64,000 bases of DNA from an uncultured Alistipes sp. (GCA_947177225.1 CAMWTS010000007.1:2778-66777), one strand, 5' to 3'. Counted from the first letter of the stretch, positions 18,447 through 27,428 are shown. Made by a program: numbers and translations. The notes: generated by a model from the letters alone, not told the origin.

Positions 18447-18686
18447 TTATTTTTTGTCTTTAGGAGGACACGGATCGTTGCCGTGACTGTCCGGATTTTG
18501 GATTCGGCCATCTCTTCCGTGAGGAATTAGTTCGGCGCCATCATTACGTGCCTTTTGTCTCGCCCAATCCATTGCATCTTGTTTTCTTTCAAAATGCTTG
18601 GAGGCTCGTTCTGCATTGTTGTTTTTTGCGTCCCAACCACCCCTGCCAGAGTTTGGAACTATATGAATTTCTTTACGTTTTGCCAT
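18447..18686 (-). CDS. DUF2188 family protein
   Basis: HIVPN..GGW..K...AERAS..F..KQDA...AR..A.....EL..HGRDGRIQ..DSHGNDP pattern. Confidence 0.85.
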   Translation of the reverse strand: MAKRKEIHIVPNSGRGGWDAKNNNAERASKHFERKQDAMDWARQKARNDGAELIPHGRDGRIQNPDSHGNDPCPPKDKK

Positions 18687-18702
18687 AGTTGTAAAAATTT
18701 AG

Positions 18703-19968
18703 TTAGCTTTTCACTCGTTTTTTGCCGGAGAGGAGTTGTTGCATAAGGCCCCGTTTCTGACGGCGAAGTCGTTCGAGCTTCTCTTTGGCCAGCTCAATCT
18801 CGCGGTCGGCCGCGGTCAACACCTCCGCAATAGCATTTTGCTCAGAGAAAGACGGAATAGTAACTTGAAGTTTTGCCAAATCTTTTTGATAAATATGTAC
18901 TACGGAATGTCCTTGCCCGTATGTAGCCTTTTGAGCATTTACAGGAGCGGAATTTAAGCAATAAGAAAGAACCAAACTGTTTATTTCTATTTCTATGCTT
19001 GGGTTAAAAATAATGATATCACCTCCCGCATATGCTATATCATTGTCGATGAAAGCAACACATTTTCCTATATCTTCCAGAGTTTCTCCTGAACCGGTAA
19101 AAAGAATGGCTCCTTGTGTGATTTTTTTACTCGCTGCTGCAGTTTCATCGTCAATATATGATGTGAATTTTTTTATTACAAAGTAGTGCTTTGTATATAT
19201 TTCTCCATATGTAATCGCTTTGTTTCCTGTATTTCTAATACTCTCTTTGGGCACTCCATACCCTTTGTCAAACTTTCCGATTTTTCCCAATTTAACTTTT
19301 TGCCAGGGTTCGGAGAAACCGGGGAGACGGAGTTTGGCGGAGAGGAGACGCTGCATCAAGCCGCGTTTCCGCAGGGCGAATTTTTCAATCAGCTGCATCT
19401 GCTTTTCAATCGCCTCATCCCATACGCCCAATACCTCCGCAATCTTCCGCTGCTCCGCTAGGGGCGGAACAGCAATTTTTACTCTTTTCAAATCGCTGGT
19501 GCTAATACTGGCTTGATTGACAGCGGGCTTCGCTATTACTTGAGCCATATGCCGCATATGTTCAGTTAGCAACGTATAATATAAATATTGCTTATCAAGG
19601 CAATCGTTGGCTCTAAGCAAAAGCAGGTTCATACCATGATAAATTTCTTGATCACCTTTGTAATAAGCAACCTTCCCGATTTGAGACAGACTATTTATGT
19701 GGCTATACAGGATGTCGCCTTTTTGCATTCTGAAGGTTTCATATCCACTTTCATTGGGGATATATCCGACCTTCGCATAATTTATTTCTCCTGTAGAAAT
19801 GGTTTCGATACGAGTAACAGGAATCCCACAAGTGATGGAGACATCATATGTAAGACCATTGGTACATCTCGAAAGGAGATCGCCTAAAAATTTCACCTCC
19901 CACTCCTGCGGAATAATCCCCAGCGCCGTCGCCTTATAACCTTGTGGTAGGTCGGTATCGTGTGTCAT
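18703..19968 (-). CDS. hsdS: Type I RM specificity subunit S (two TRDs)
   Basis: LGIIPQEWEV, PPLAEQRKIAEVL...KRGLMQRLL and PSFSEQNAIAEVL...KRGLMQQLLSGK conserved helices. Likely start MTHDT at 19968 (ORF track gives 19989). Confidence 0.93.
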   Translation of the reverse strand: MTHDTDLPQGYKATALGIIPQEWEVKFLGDLLSRCTNGLTYDVSITCGIPVTRIETISTGEINYAKVGYIPNESGYETFRMQKGDILYSHINSLSQIGKVAYYKGDQEIYHGMNLLLLRANDCLDKQYLYYTLLTEHMRHMAQVIAKPAVNQASISTSDLKRVKIAVPPLAEQRKIAEVLGVWDEAIEKQMQLIEKFALRKRGLMQRLLSAKLRLPGFSEPWQKVKLGKIGKFDKGYGVPKESIRNTGNKAITYGEIYTKHYFVIKKFTSYIDDETAAASKKITQGAILFTGSGETLEDIGKCVAFIDNDIAYAGGDIIIFNPSIEIEINSLVLSYCLNSAPVNAQKATYGQGHSVVHIYQKDLAKLQVTIPSFSEQNAIAEVLTAADREIELAKEKLERLRRQKRGLMQQLLSGKKRVKS

Positions 19969-19982
19969 TGCAGTAATTGGCT

Positions 19983-20711
19983 TTACCATGTTTTTTCAAA
20001 TCGGAACTGAAGAATTCCTCCCAGTATGTTGTTAAGATTCACTTTATCGACACTATATATGCCGGCTGGAACCGATTGCCTGATCTTGTCCAACTTGTTG
20101 TAGGTTTCCTCGGAGATCGGGGAAGAATCCAGATAGTAGACCGAATGGTCAATGTGGTACACGTCTTGATACTTGATAGCTATTAAGTCGGACTCACGGA
20201 CTATTACGGAAGTCATGTAGGGCAACTTGGGTATTAACTTGTCGCTATGAACAAGGCTATTCCATATTTTTGACGTGATTTCATGTAACTTGGTTCGGTC
20301 TTCTTCCACAAACGAGCATTTGGCAACGACCCCATCCAATTCCTCCTGACAGCGACAATTCTTATATATATTGATAGGACAACAATATACGAAGTTCTTT
20401 AACCCGCCTTGGAGAAACATGGAGGATTGTACATAGATCATCGAGCCGATGCTAAACTCGATGGGGCGATTCAATTTCGCGCCACTGTTGCAAATATCCA
20501 TGTGATCCTTCTCCCGTTTGAAGAAAAACAGAGGTTGGTGTTCCATTTGTTGGATTTTCAGCTTTTCTTGTTCCAATGTGTGCTGCTCCTGTTGAAGTTT
20601 ATGTTGCTTGCAAAGTACGATTGCAGTAACAATAGCTGTGAACAGGGAACTAATGCCAAGAATGATATTTCCGATGTCACCCCATGTCGAAAGAGTTGTG
20701 TCATGACTCAT
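19983..20711 (-). CDS. Uncharacterised single-pass membrane protein inserted between hsdM and hsdS
   Basis: N-terminal hydrophobic helix (IILGISSLFTAIVTAIVL), Q/E-rich coiled coil, then a beta-rich domain; AT-rich. Confidence 0.75.
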   Translation of the reverse strand: MSHDTTLSTWGDIGNIILGISSLFTAIVTAIVLCKQHKLQQEQHTLEQEKLKIQQMEHQPLFFFKREKDHMDICNSGAKLNRPIEFSIGSMIYVQSSMFLQGGLKNFVYCCPINIYKNCRCQEELDGVVAKCSFVEEDRTKLHEITSKIWNSLVHSDKLIPKLPYMTSVIVRESDLIAIKYQDVYHIDHSVYYLDSSPISEETYNKLDKIRQSVPAGIYSVDKVNLNNILGGILQFRFEKTW

Positions 20712-20801
20712 AGCGAAATTATCTTTATATTTTCATTGTCTCGATGGTTGGCTATTTCAAATGAAGCAGGTGTTTGGTTCTCATCTTGTATGATTCAATC
20801 C

Positions 20802-22328
20802 TTAAAATCCTAACTCCTTCAAATAACCCTCCATTCGGACATGTACTTCTGCGAGCTCCGTCTCCAGCGCATCGATCTCCCGCTGTATGGCCGCAATGTC
20901 GATTTCGGGCTCCTCCTCGAAGGTATCGACGTAACGCGGAATGTTGAGGTTATAGTCGTTGTCGGCAAGCTCCTTGCGCCGGGCGACATAGGCATAACGC
21001 TCCTCGACGACACCCTGTGCGAGTTCACCCTTTGCAAAGCGGCGGTAGGTCGTAACGATGTGGTCAATGTCCTCCTTGCGCAGCCGGTTCTGGTTCTTGC
21101 CATTCTCGAACTCGCGGCTGGCGTCGATGAAGAGTACGTCGGTCGTTATCTTGGCCTTATTGAAGATGGCGATGGCAGCCGGAATGCCCGTTCCGTAGAA
21201 GAGATTGGCAGGGAGTCCGATGATGGCTTCGATGAGATTCTCCTCGACGGTCTGCTGGCGGATTTTCCCCTCGCTGGCTCCGCGGAACAGCACGCCATGG
21301 GGAACGACGACGCCCACTTTACCGTGTTCGTTGGCCACTTCGAGCATGTGGCAGATGAAGGCCCAGTCGCCCTTGCTCTTGGGCGGAATGCCGCGCCAGA
21401 AGCGGTTATAGGGATCGTCGGCCGCCTCGTCGGCGCCCCATTTCTCGAGCGAAAAGGGCGGATTGGCCACGACGGTGTCGAACTTCATCAGCGTGTCGCC
21501 CTCCTTGAGTTTCGGGTTGCGCAGCGTGTCGCCCCAGCGGATCGTGGCGCTGTCGAAACCATGAAGTAGCATGTTCATCATGGCCAGCGCCCAGGTGCTG
21601 CCGTTGAGCTCCTGACCGTAAAGCGAAAAATTGTCCGATCCTACCTCGCGCCCCGCTTTGATGAGCAGCGAACCCGACCCGCACGTTGGGTCGCAGATGC
21701 GCGAGCCAGGGGCACTCTTGGTCAGCTGGGCCAGCAGCGTGGAGACCTCCTTCGGTGTGAAGAACTCTCCGGCCTTCTTCCCAGCATCGCTGGCGAACTT
21801 CTCGATGAGGAACATGTAAGCATCGCCGATGACGTCGTTGTTCTCGAGATGCGACTCGTCGAATTGCAGCTGTTCGTCCGAAAAGTCGATAAGCAGTTGT
21901 TTCAAGCGGGTGTTGCGCTCCTTGGTTTCGCCAAGGTTGCTGCTGTTGAAACTAATGTTGCGGAAGATGCCGCTGCCGTCCTCGCTGCTCAGTTTTTCGC
22001 GGTTGGCAAATTCGAGGTCAGCCAGCGCAATGTCGATCAACTCGCCGATATTGGTTTCGTTGCGGTGCTCATAGAGGTAGTCGAACGAACTATTATCGGG
22101 AACCTGGAACCGCTCGCGGCGCATGGCCCGCCGGGCACGCTCCGCATCGCCATCGTAGCGCTGGAGGTACTCCTTGTATTTCGCCTTGCTGACGTCGCTG
22201 ACGTACTTCAGGAACAGCATCGTGAGGATGTAGTCCTTGTACTGGCTGGGGTCGATGACGCCTCGAAAGGTGTCGCAGGCTTTCCATACGACTTTGTTAA
22301 TCTCTTCCTGTGTAACTTTATCGTTCAT
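20802..22328 (-). CDS. hsdM: Type I RM methyltransferase subunit M (m6A)
   Basis: VWKACDTFRG N-terminus, GEFFTP, DPTCGSGSLL (motif I), VANPPF (motif IV), YNLNIPRYV. Confidence 0.96.
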   Translation of the reverse strand: MNDKVTQEEINKVVWKACDTFRGVIDPSQYKDYILTMLFLKYVSDVSKAKYKEYLQRYDGDAERARRAMRRERFQVPDNSSFDYLYEHRNETNIGELIDIALADLEFANREKLSSEDGSGIFRNISFNSSNLGETKERNTRLKQLLIDFSDEQLQFDESHLENNDVIGDAYMFLIEKFASDAGKKAGEFFTPKEVSTLLAQLTKSAPGSRICDPTCGSGSLLIKAGREVGSDNFSLYGQELNGSTWALAMMNMLLHGFDSATIRWGDTLRNPKLKEGDTLMKFDTVVANPPFSLEKWGADEAADDPYNRFWRGIPPKSKGDWAFICHMLEVANEHGKVGVVVPHGVLFRGASEGKIRQQTVEENLIEAIIGLPANLFYGTGIPAAIAIFNKAKITTDVLFIDASREFENGKNQNRLRKEDIDHIVTTYRRFAKGELAQGVVEERYAYVARRKELADNDYNLNIPRYVDTFEEEPEIDIAAIQREIDALETELAEVHVRMEGYLKELGF

Positions 22329-22884
22329 CTTTATATATTTTTGTTAATTTATAATCGGTGATTTGCCGGCAGCGCTCAGCAATGGCCTTGTAGAGGGCCT
22401 GTTCGCGGTGATGCAGGCGGGTGAGGGCAATGCAGGCCTGCTGCCGTTCCAGCGGGGGAAGCGGGATCTCGAATTCCTCAAGGTCCGCTTTGCTTAGCGA
22501 GGTAATAGCCGACCCTTGGGCCTGAGCCGTCAGCAGCTGCCGGGTGGATGGCAGGTTGAGAAATCCGCAGAGGTATTCGGGCAGGATGCGCGACGGGTCG
22601 TTGATTCGGATAATCAGAAACGAGGGTGAAGCCACGCATGGTCCGAACTGGGTGGGTGCGATTGTGCAGAAATTCTTGCCACCCTTGGCAGCAAGTAGCA
22701 GATCGTTAGCCGTCAGCAAATGGTGTGCAGCCTTGTGGTTGATTGTGGTTGTCGGTCGGACGGTTGAACGAATGTTACCCTCCTCGTCGAAATCGTTCAC
22801 CTGAAGGTAGCAGGTGTCGGGCGAAGGGCTGCTTTTTAGGTAAACTCCCGTCTGAATAGTAGCAATATTTCCGAGTTTTATCAT
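22318..22884 (-). CDS. Half-size (single-TRD) HsdS-like protein
   Basis: MIKLGNIATIQTG, one TRD, YLCGFLN...AQGSAITSLSKADLEEFEIPLPPLERQ conserved helix; overlaps the hsdM start. Confidence 0.85.
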   Translation of the reverse strand: MIKLGNIATIQTGVYLKSSPSPDTCYLQVNDFDEEGNIRSTVRPTTTINHKAAHHLLTANDLLLAAKGGKNFCTIAPTQFGPCVASPSFLIIRINDPSRILPEYLCGFLNLPSTRQLLTAQAQGSAITSLSKADLEEFEIPLPPLERQQACIALTRLHHREQALYKAIAERCRQITDYKLTKIYKDER

Positions 22885-22906
22885 TTTTTATTTAATAATC
22901 TCGCTA

Positions 22907-22914
22907 CAAATATA
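22907..22914 (-). promoter_or_regulatory. -7 promoter box of the RM operon
   Basis: Minus-strand TATATTTG, 22 nt upstream of the half-HsdS start. Confidence 0.65.
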
Positions 22915-23061
22915 TCCACTTCTTTTTGAAAGACCAATAATTTGCAGAAAAAAATATCAGTACGTCGCCTACAATATATATATATATATATTGACGTCGT
23001 GTAGAATTCGTAATGACTATTAATGCCCAAACTTCTATTCATCCTAATAAAGCTCATGTTT

Positions 23062-24399
23062 TCACCTTTTTCTGTTGTATTCCAACCGAACGGAATGATG
23101 TAATCTTTCCGCCTGCTCTCTAAACCATCTGACAATAGGTATCCCGTCGATTTTAAGGCCGAATTTGCAGCTATTGTTTTCATCGGGTAAAATCCGTGCG
23201 ATTACATTTTCGGCCTTGAATTGCTTTCGGTGCATTTCGGAATAGAGCGTACCGCTGTATTTGAGCGGTTTGCCTCCAATAAGCGTTTCCGTCTGCTCGT
23301 CGTTGAATCCGACCTTGCGGCAAAGTTCGTCCATGCGCAGCATCTCGCGGAAACGGGGAAACCATGTCAGCGCCTTGCGACCGACCGATTGAAGAAAAGA
23401 CAAATCTTTTTCGTATTGTTTCTTCATGTTCGCGGTTTCCGTCACGTGCCGCGCCTGCATTGTCGTCAGTTCCCGCCTATGTTCGCTTTGCATGGTCTGA
23501 ATCTTCGTTTGCAGAATCTCTATCGTTTCATCGCGCGCGGCAACCTCTTGCCGCAGCGCTCCGATTTCCTGCTCCTGCCGCTTGATTTTCGACGTGCCGA
23601 TCATTGCCCCGATACCGTCGAGGATGGTTGTACCCACCTCAGCGGCGGAGTTTTTCAGTTTCTCGGTTTTCAATTCACCTTTTACCGCCTTCAGTTCCGC
23701 CTCCACCTGTTCTTTGTCGATTCGGGCTTTCTCCGCCTCCCGCTTCTGCTTGGCGATGATGTAATCCGTCAGTTCCAGATGCTCGCGCCCTGTCAACTCT
23801 TTCGCCGTGCCGCGCTCCATGCCGAGTGCGTCGGCGAGTATGGTCTGCATTTCGCTCATATCCTGCGGTGTGAGCTTGCAGGACTTTCCCGTATCGTGAT
23901 TCATCCAGTCCCATACGATATGAGCATGGTAGTTCGGCTTCCATGAGGTTTTGTCATTGGGTATTCCGTAGTGCCCCTCGTCGCGGTGGATGAAGATTTG
24001 CAGCGGGGTAATGCCCCAACGCTTACGGCATAACTCTCCGTATCGTTGCAGCTGTTCCATCGTCGTGTCTGCCTTGCAGACCACGACACCCTCCTTAATT
24101 GGTGTGCTTCCGCGCACGGTAACGGTTTTTCCTGTCTTCTTGTTCAGGCGTGTGCGGTCTTTGGTCTGCATTGCCCGCCCTGTCTTCGTCTTAACCATCT
24201 CGCCGAGATACTTGTAATATTCCCGCAGCGACACGCCCTCGATTTGTGGCGACACCCACATTTCGTTGCCGTCCATAAGGTCGGTGCGCAGGTAGATATT
24301 TTCTTTGTTGATATGGGCGAGGTATTGGGGTGTCCGCCTGTTATGCGCCTCGCTTTGCCCGATGTTGCACGGGCGTATGTTGTCCGATGTCTTTGCCAT
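23062..24399 (-). CDS. MobV/Mob_Pre family relaxase (mobilisation protein)
   Basis: N-terminal SEAHNRR, IFIHRDEGH and NYHAHIVWD (3H) motifs; long coiled-coil C-half. Confidence 0.88.
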   Translation of the reverse strand: MAKTSDNIRPCNIGQSEAHNRRTPQYLAHINKENIYLRTDLMDGNEMWVSPQIEGVSLREYYKYLGEMVKTKTGRAMQTKDRTRLNKKTGKTVTVRGSTPIKEGVVVCKADTTMEQLQRYGELCRKRWGITPLQIFIHRDEGHYGIPNDKTSWKPNYHAHIVWDWMNHDTGKSCKLTPQDMSEMQTILADALGMERGTAKELTGREHLELTDYIIAKQKREAEKARIDKEQVEAELKAVKGELKTEKLKNSAAEVGTTILDGIGAMIGTSKIKRQEQEIGALRQEVAARDETIEILQTKIQTMQSEHRRELTTMQARHVTETANMKKQYEKDLSFLQSVGRKALTWFPRFREMLRMDELCRKVGFNDEQTETLIGGKPLKYSGTLYSEMHRKQFKAENVIARILPDENNSCKFGLKIDGIPIVRWFREQAERLHHSVRLEYNRKR

Positions 24400-24561
24400 A
24401 ATCTTTGATTGCTATAAGTGGGTTGGGGGCTTGGGGCGATGCCCCAAGCGGAGTTTCCAAAGAGAGGGTCACTCTTTGGTCGGGTTGCATAGGGCTGAAA
24501 GCCCTTGCCGGGTCGAGGACGGAGCCTTCGTGGGACGGGGCGAAGCCCAGCCCCTCGGGAG

Positions 24562-24608
24562 AGCCCACAACTACGAAAGCGAAGCGTGTAGTTATAGTGG
24601 GCTATAAC
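24562..24608. promoter_or_regulatory. Putative oriT of MOBV type
   Basis: Nested inverted repeats agcccac/gtgggct, aactac/gtagtt and gttatag-tggg-ctataac, upstream of the relaxase. Confidence 0.7.
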
Positions 24609-24692
24609 AAGGCAAGCCTTGTGGTTTGTGCGGCTCCCTCTGGGTTGCAGCTGCTTTTTATTCTTCCCTCTATTCGTTCGATGTCTGCGACG

Positions 24693-25655
24693 TTACAACT
24701 TGCAACCACGCGACCGCCTATGTTCTTTCACGGGACGATGACTGCGCAGATAATCGTTCAGATCGTTGTGCGTCCGATAGTGCACAGATTGGTCTGAGAG
24801 GTTGCGGCATGCCTCTTTCAATTCAGAGGTCGCCTTTCGCCCCGCCTCGTCATTGTCGAGGTAGGTATAAACCTGTTCGTGCGACGCGATGAACGGAACG
24901 ACTTTGGCAAGGTTCGTTACCGAGTTCAGCACGGCGATATTGTGCGGCGGGTTCGGGTTGCGCTTGAGCGTCAGAAACGAAAGGTAGTCCGTAAATCCCT
25001 CAAAAACGAGGCACGTCGGATAATCGCCGCGTCGGGTCGTCGGGGCTTTCGAGGCGCAGTCCTTGAAATAGCGGTTGCGCAGCTCCCACCCTCCGGCATC
25101 GTTTCGGAATCCGACGGCGAAATAGGATTTGTCCGCCACGCGATAATGCACCTCCGAACAATGCACCCGCGCCGTATCGAGGTCGATGCACCGCGCCATG
25201 AGGTAGTCAAGCAAGGCAGGATTTTCCAGCATCCGCACCCTCTCGACGATAATTGAGGGTGGACGCTGCGGGGCAGGATTCTTTCCGATGAACCGGCGTT
25301 GCGGAGCGAGAGCAGAGCAATTTTGAATTGCTCTACCGAGCCGCGAGGAGGAAAAGCCCGAAGGGCTTAAAGGAGAAACGGACATCCCGCCGATGTGTCG
25401 TTCCAGCCGCCGCATGGCCTCCCCTGCGTCGCACTGCTCTAATCGCATTATAAGGTCTATAATAGAGCCGCCTGTGCCCAGCCCGAAATCATACCATAGA
25501 TTCTGCATATAATCTACCTTGAAGCTCGGCGAATGTTCCTCACGAAGCGGTGAAAGATAAAGACCGTATCGCGGATTGTCTTTAACCGGGGGCAAGCCTT
25601 GTTCGGCGAGGTAGGCCCGAATCGAAATCTGTTTTATCTGTTGAATGTTGCTCAT
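24693..25655 (-). CDS. DnaG-like primase (CHC2 zinc finger plus Toprim), NBU PrmN-like
   Basis: SPLREEHSPSFKVD...WYDFGLGTGGSIIDL; VFEGFTDYLSF and YLDNDEAG Toprim motifs. Confidence 0.85.
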   Translation of the reverse strand: MSNIQQIKQISIRAYLAEQGLPPVKDNPRYGLYLSPLREEHSPSFKVDYMQNLWYDFGLGTGGSIIDLIMRLEQCDAGEAMRRLERHIGGMSVSPLSPSGFSSSRLGRAIQNCSALAPQRRFIGKNPAPQRPPSIIVERVRMLENPALLDYLMARCIDLDTARVHCSEVHYRVADKSYFAVGFRNDAGGWELRNRYFKDCASKAPTTRRGDYPTCLVFEGFTDYLSFLTLKRNPNPPHNIAVLNSVTNLAKVVPFIASHEQVYTYLDNDEAGRKATSELKEACRNLSDQSVHYRTHNDLNDYLRSHRPVKEHRRSRGCKL

Positions 25656-25663
25656 CTTTTTTT

Positions 25664-25844
25664 GTAAGTTTGTTGAAAAGTCTTCGCAATATTCAGTGAA
25701 ATAGAAAGTTATATATCTTACGTCATTCTTACACTCGATTTCAGTTGTTAGAGCGTAAGTATTTGTTAGACGTAGTAAGAGTTTTTGTAAGATATGTAAG
25801 TCATTAAGAATAAAAGATCTATATTTCTATCCTTACACTCTTAC
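25664..25844. repeat. Cluster of nine GTAAG/CTTAC motifs in an AT-rich spacer (iteron-like)
   Basis: Copies start at 25664, 25717, 25728, 25755, 25775, 25787, 25796, 25832 and 25840. Confidence 0.7.
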
Positions 25845-25847
25845 ATA

Positions 25848-27068
25848 CTATATGATCGAATCGCACCGCAACAGTTCTTCAAGCAGTTCGCGTGCTACTG
25901 TGTAGACTCTTGCAGTCTTACTCTCCTGCCTTGTTATTTCACCGTTATAGGCAATCGTGTAGCGTTGGTAATAGGTCGGCGGCGCGGGCGACAGCCGCCA
26001 ATTTTCCGAAAGAATCCGCCGCACGGTCGGATGGTCCGAACGGATACCGCGTACCTCCAGCATATTCACCATATCGCTCACGTCGAAGCGATACTCCGCA
26101 AGAGCCTCGGCGTCCATAATGTCGCGGACAATCGACAACATCTCTGCCTCGGTCTTGCTCCGATTGTAGTGAATGATCCGCCGCAAGGCGTCTGTCGCCA
26201 GCAAGCGCGGAGCAAACCACATGCGGCTCTCCTCACAGGTGGACAGTTCACGATGAAGCAGGAAGAACAAGAATCCCGGCAACTCGCGCCGCATATCGGC
26301 AAGCAGGTTTTGATTGTCATGCGTCAGCGGCGGCACACGCCGCACCCAATAGCGTGTTTCTCCGGCTTCGATCAGAACGGGATTGCGCTCATTGTTGGAA
26401 CAAAGAACAAACTTGCCGAAAAACTCCACCTCCCGACGGTCGCGCCCTTTTGCTTCGGCCTTGTAGCTCCGTGCGGTCGAAAGGTTCTTGATCCGTTCGG
26501 AATCTTCCCGACGGTTTAGCAGTACCTCGTCTACGCAGACCAGCAGTTTACCCGTCCAGTCGTCGTTGAACTGCGAACGGAAATCCTCGTTGGTATTGAA
26601 CGTCACGTTGCCCTCGAAGATCAGCTTTAGAAAATTGAGAAAGGTAGTCTTGCCTGTATTCCGCTCGCCGGACACCAGCAATACGATCGGCAGACGTTGC
26701 AGCGGACGTAGATAGAGCAGTTGGAGATAATCCAATCCCAGTTCGATCTGCTCGCCGAAAATATGACAGAGAAAGTCCCGGATATGCAGAAACTCACCCT
26801 CGGCAGGCACGGTCGAAATCGGTTCGTAACGGTTCAGAAAGCCGTTAATCTCTCGGCAGTAGTCGGTATGGCTCGGAATGGTACAGAAACCGTCGTACTT
26901 CGGCACTTGTGCGATATAATCCTTGCCATAGTCTTGGCGCAAGGTTTCTACGTTCCACGGAATCAATGTTTCGAGGCTCCGACCGTTGCTCAACGGCATA
27001 AGCACCCGTTTGAGTATTGTTGTACCCACACGCAGATATGGAATCTGTTCTTTTTCATCGACTTTCAT
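25848..27068 (-). CDS. Primase-helicase family P-loop NTPase (DUF5906/D5-like, SF3-type)
   Basis: SGERNTGKTTF Walker A, LVCVDEV Walker B, FVLCSNNE motif C. Likely start MKVDE at 27068. Confidence 0.82.
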   Translation of the reverse strand: MKVDEKEQIPYLRVGTTILKRVLMPLSNGRSLETLIPWNVETLRQDYGKDYIAQVPKYDGFCTIPSHTDYCREINGFLNRYEPISTVPAEGEFLHIRDFLCHIFGEQIELGLDYLQLLYLRPLQRLPIVLLVSGERNTGKTTFLNFLKLIFEGNVTFNTNEDFRSQFNDDWTGKLLVCVDEVLLNRREDSERIKNLSTARSYKAEAKGRDRREVEFFGKFVLCSNNERNPVLIEAGETRYWVRRVPPLTHDNQNLLADMRRELPGFLFFLLHRELSTCEESRMWFAPRLLATDALRRIIHYNRSKTEAEMLSIVRDIMDAEALAEYRFDVSDMVNMLEVRGIRSDHPTVRRILSENWRLSPAPPTYYQRYTIAYNGEITRQESKTARVYTVARELLEELLRCDSII

Positions 27069-27363
27069 CTCGCCCTCCTTTCTTTCCGGTGCGTATCGCT
27101 TCGACATCCTCGCGTCTGTAACGTTTCCGTCCACCGAACGGATAGGACTTGATATACCCGGTTTTCTCCCAGCACCAAAGTGTCGAAGAGTCGATTTTTA
27201 GAAGAGCCAATACTTCCTTGCGCGACAGAAATTCTTCGGTCGTTTGTTCTTGTGCGGCAGGTTTTGCGCCTTTTGCCGCTTCGTTGAGAATCGTTCTCAA
27301 ATCGTCGAGTGTCACCGTCACGCTGACATTTGCTCCCGACCCCAATAAATCCCTTAAACTCAT
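27055..27363 (-). CDS. Excisionase-like helix-turn-helix protein (HTH_17/MerR-like)
   Basis: FLSRKEVLALLKIDSSTLWCWEKTGYI...GGRKRYRREDV. Likely start MSLRDLL at 27363. Confidence 0.82.
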   Translation of the reverse strand: MSLRDLLGSGANVSVTVTLDDLRTILNEAAKGAKPAAQEQTTEEFLSRKEVLALLKIDSSTLWCWEKTGYIKSYPFGGRKRYRREDVEAIRTGKKGGRDESR

Positions 27364-27428
27364 AATCGAAAATTTTAGGTTAAACATGGATTCGCTGTTT
27401 TCGTCCAATCGGAACCGGGGCAAATAAA

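Noticed and set aside
18703-22884. Possible hsdS shufflon or phase-variable inversion
   Set aside because: No invertase gene and no inverted repeats shared between the two hsdS genes were visible.
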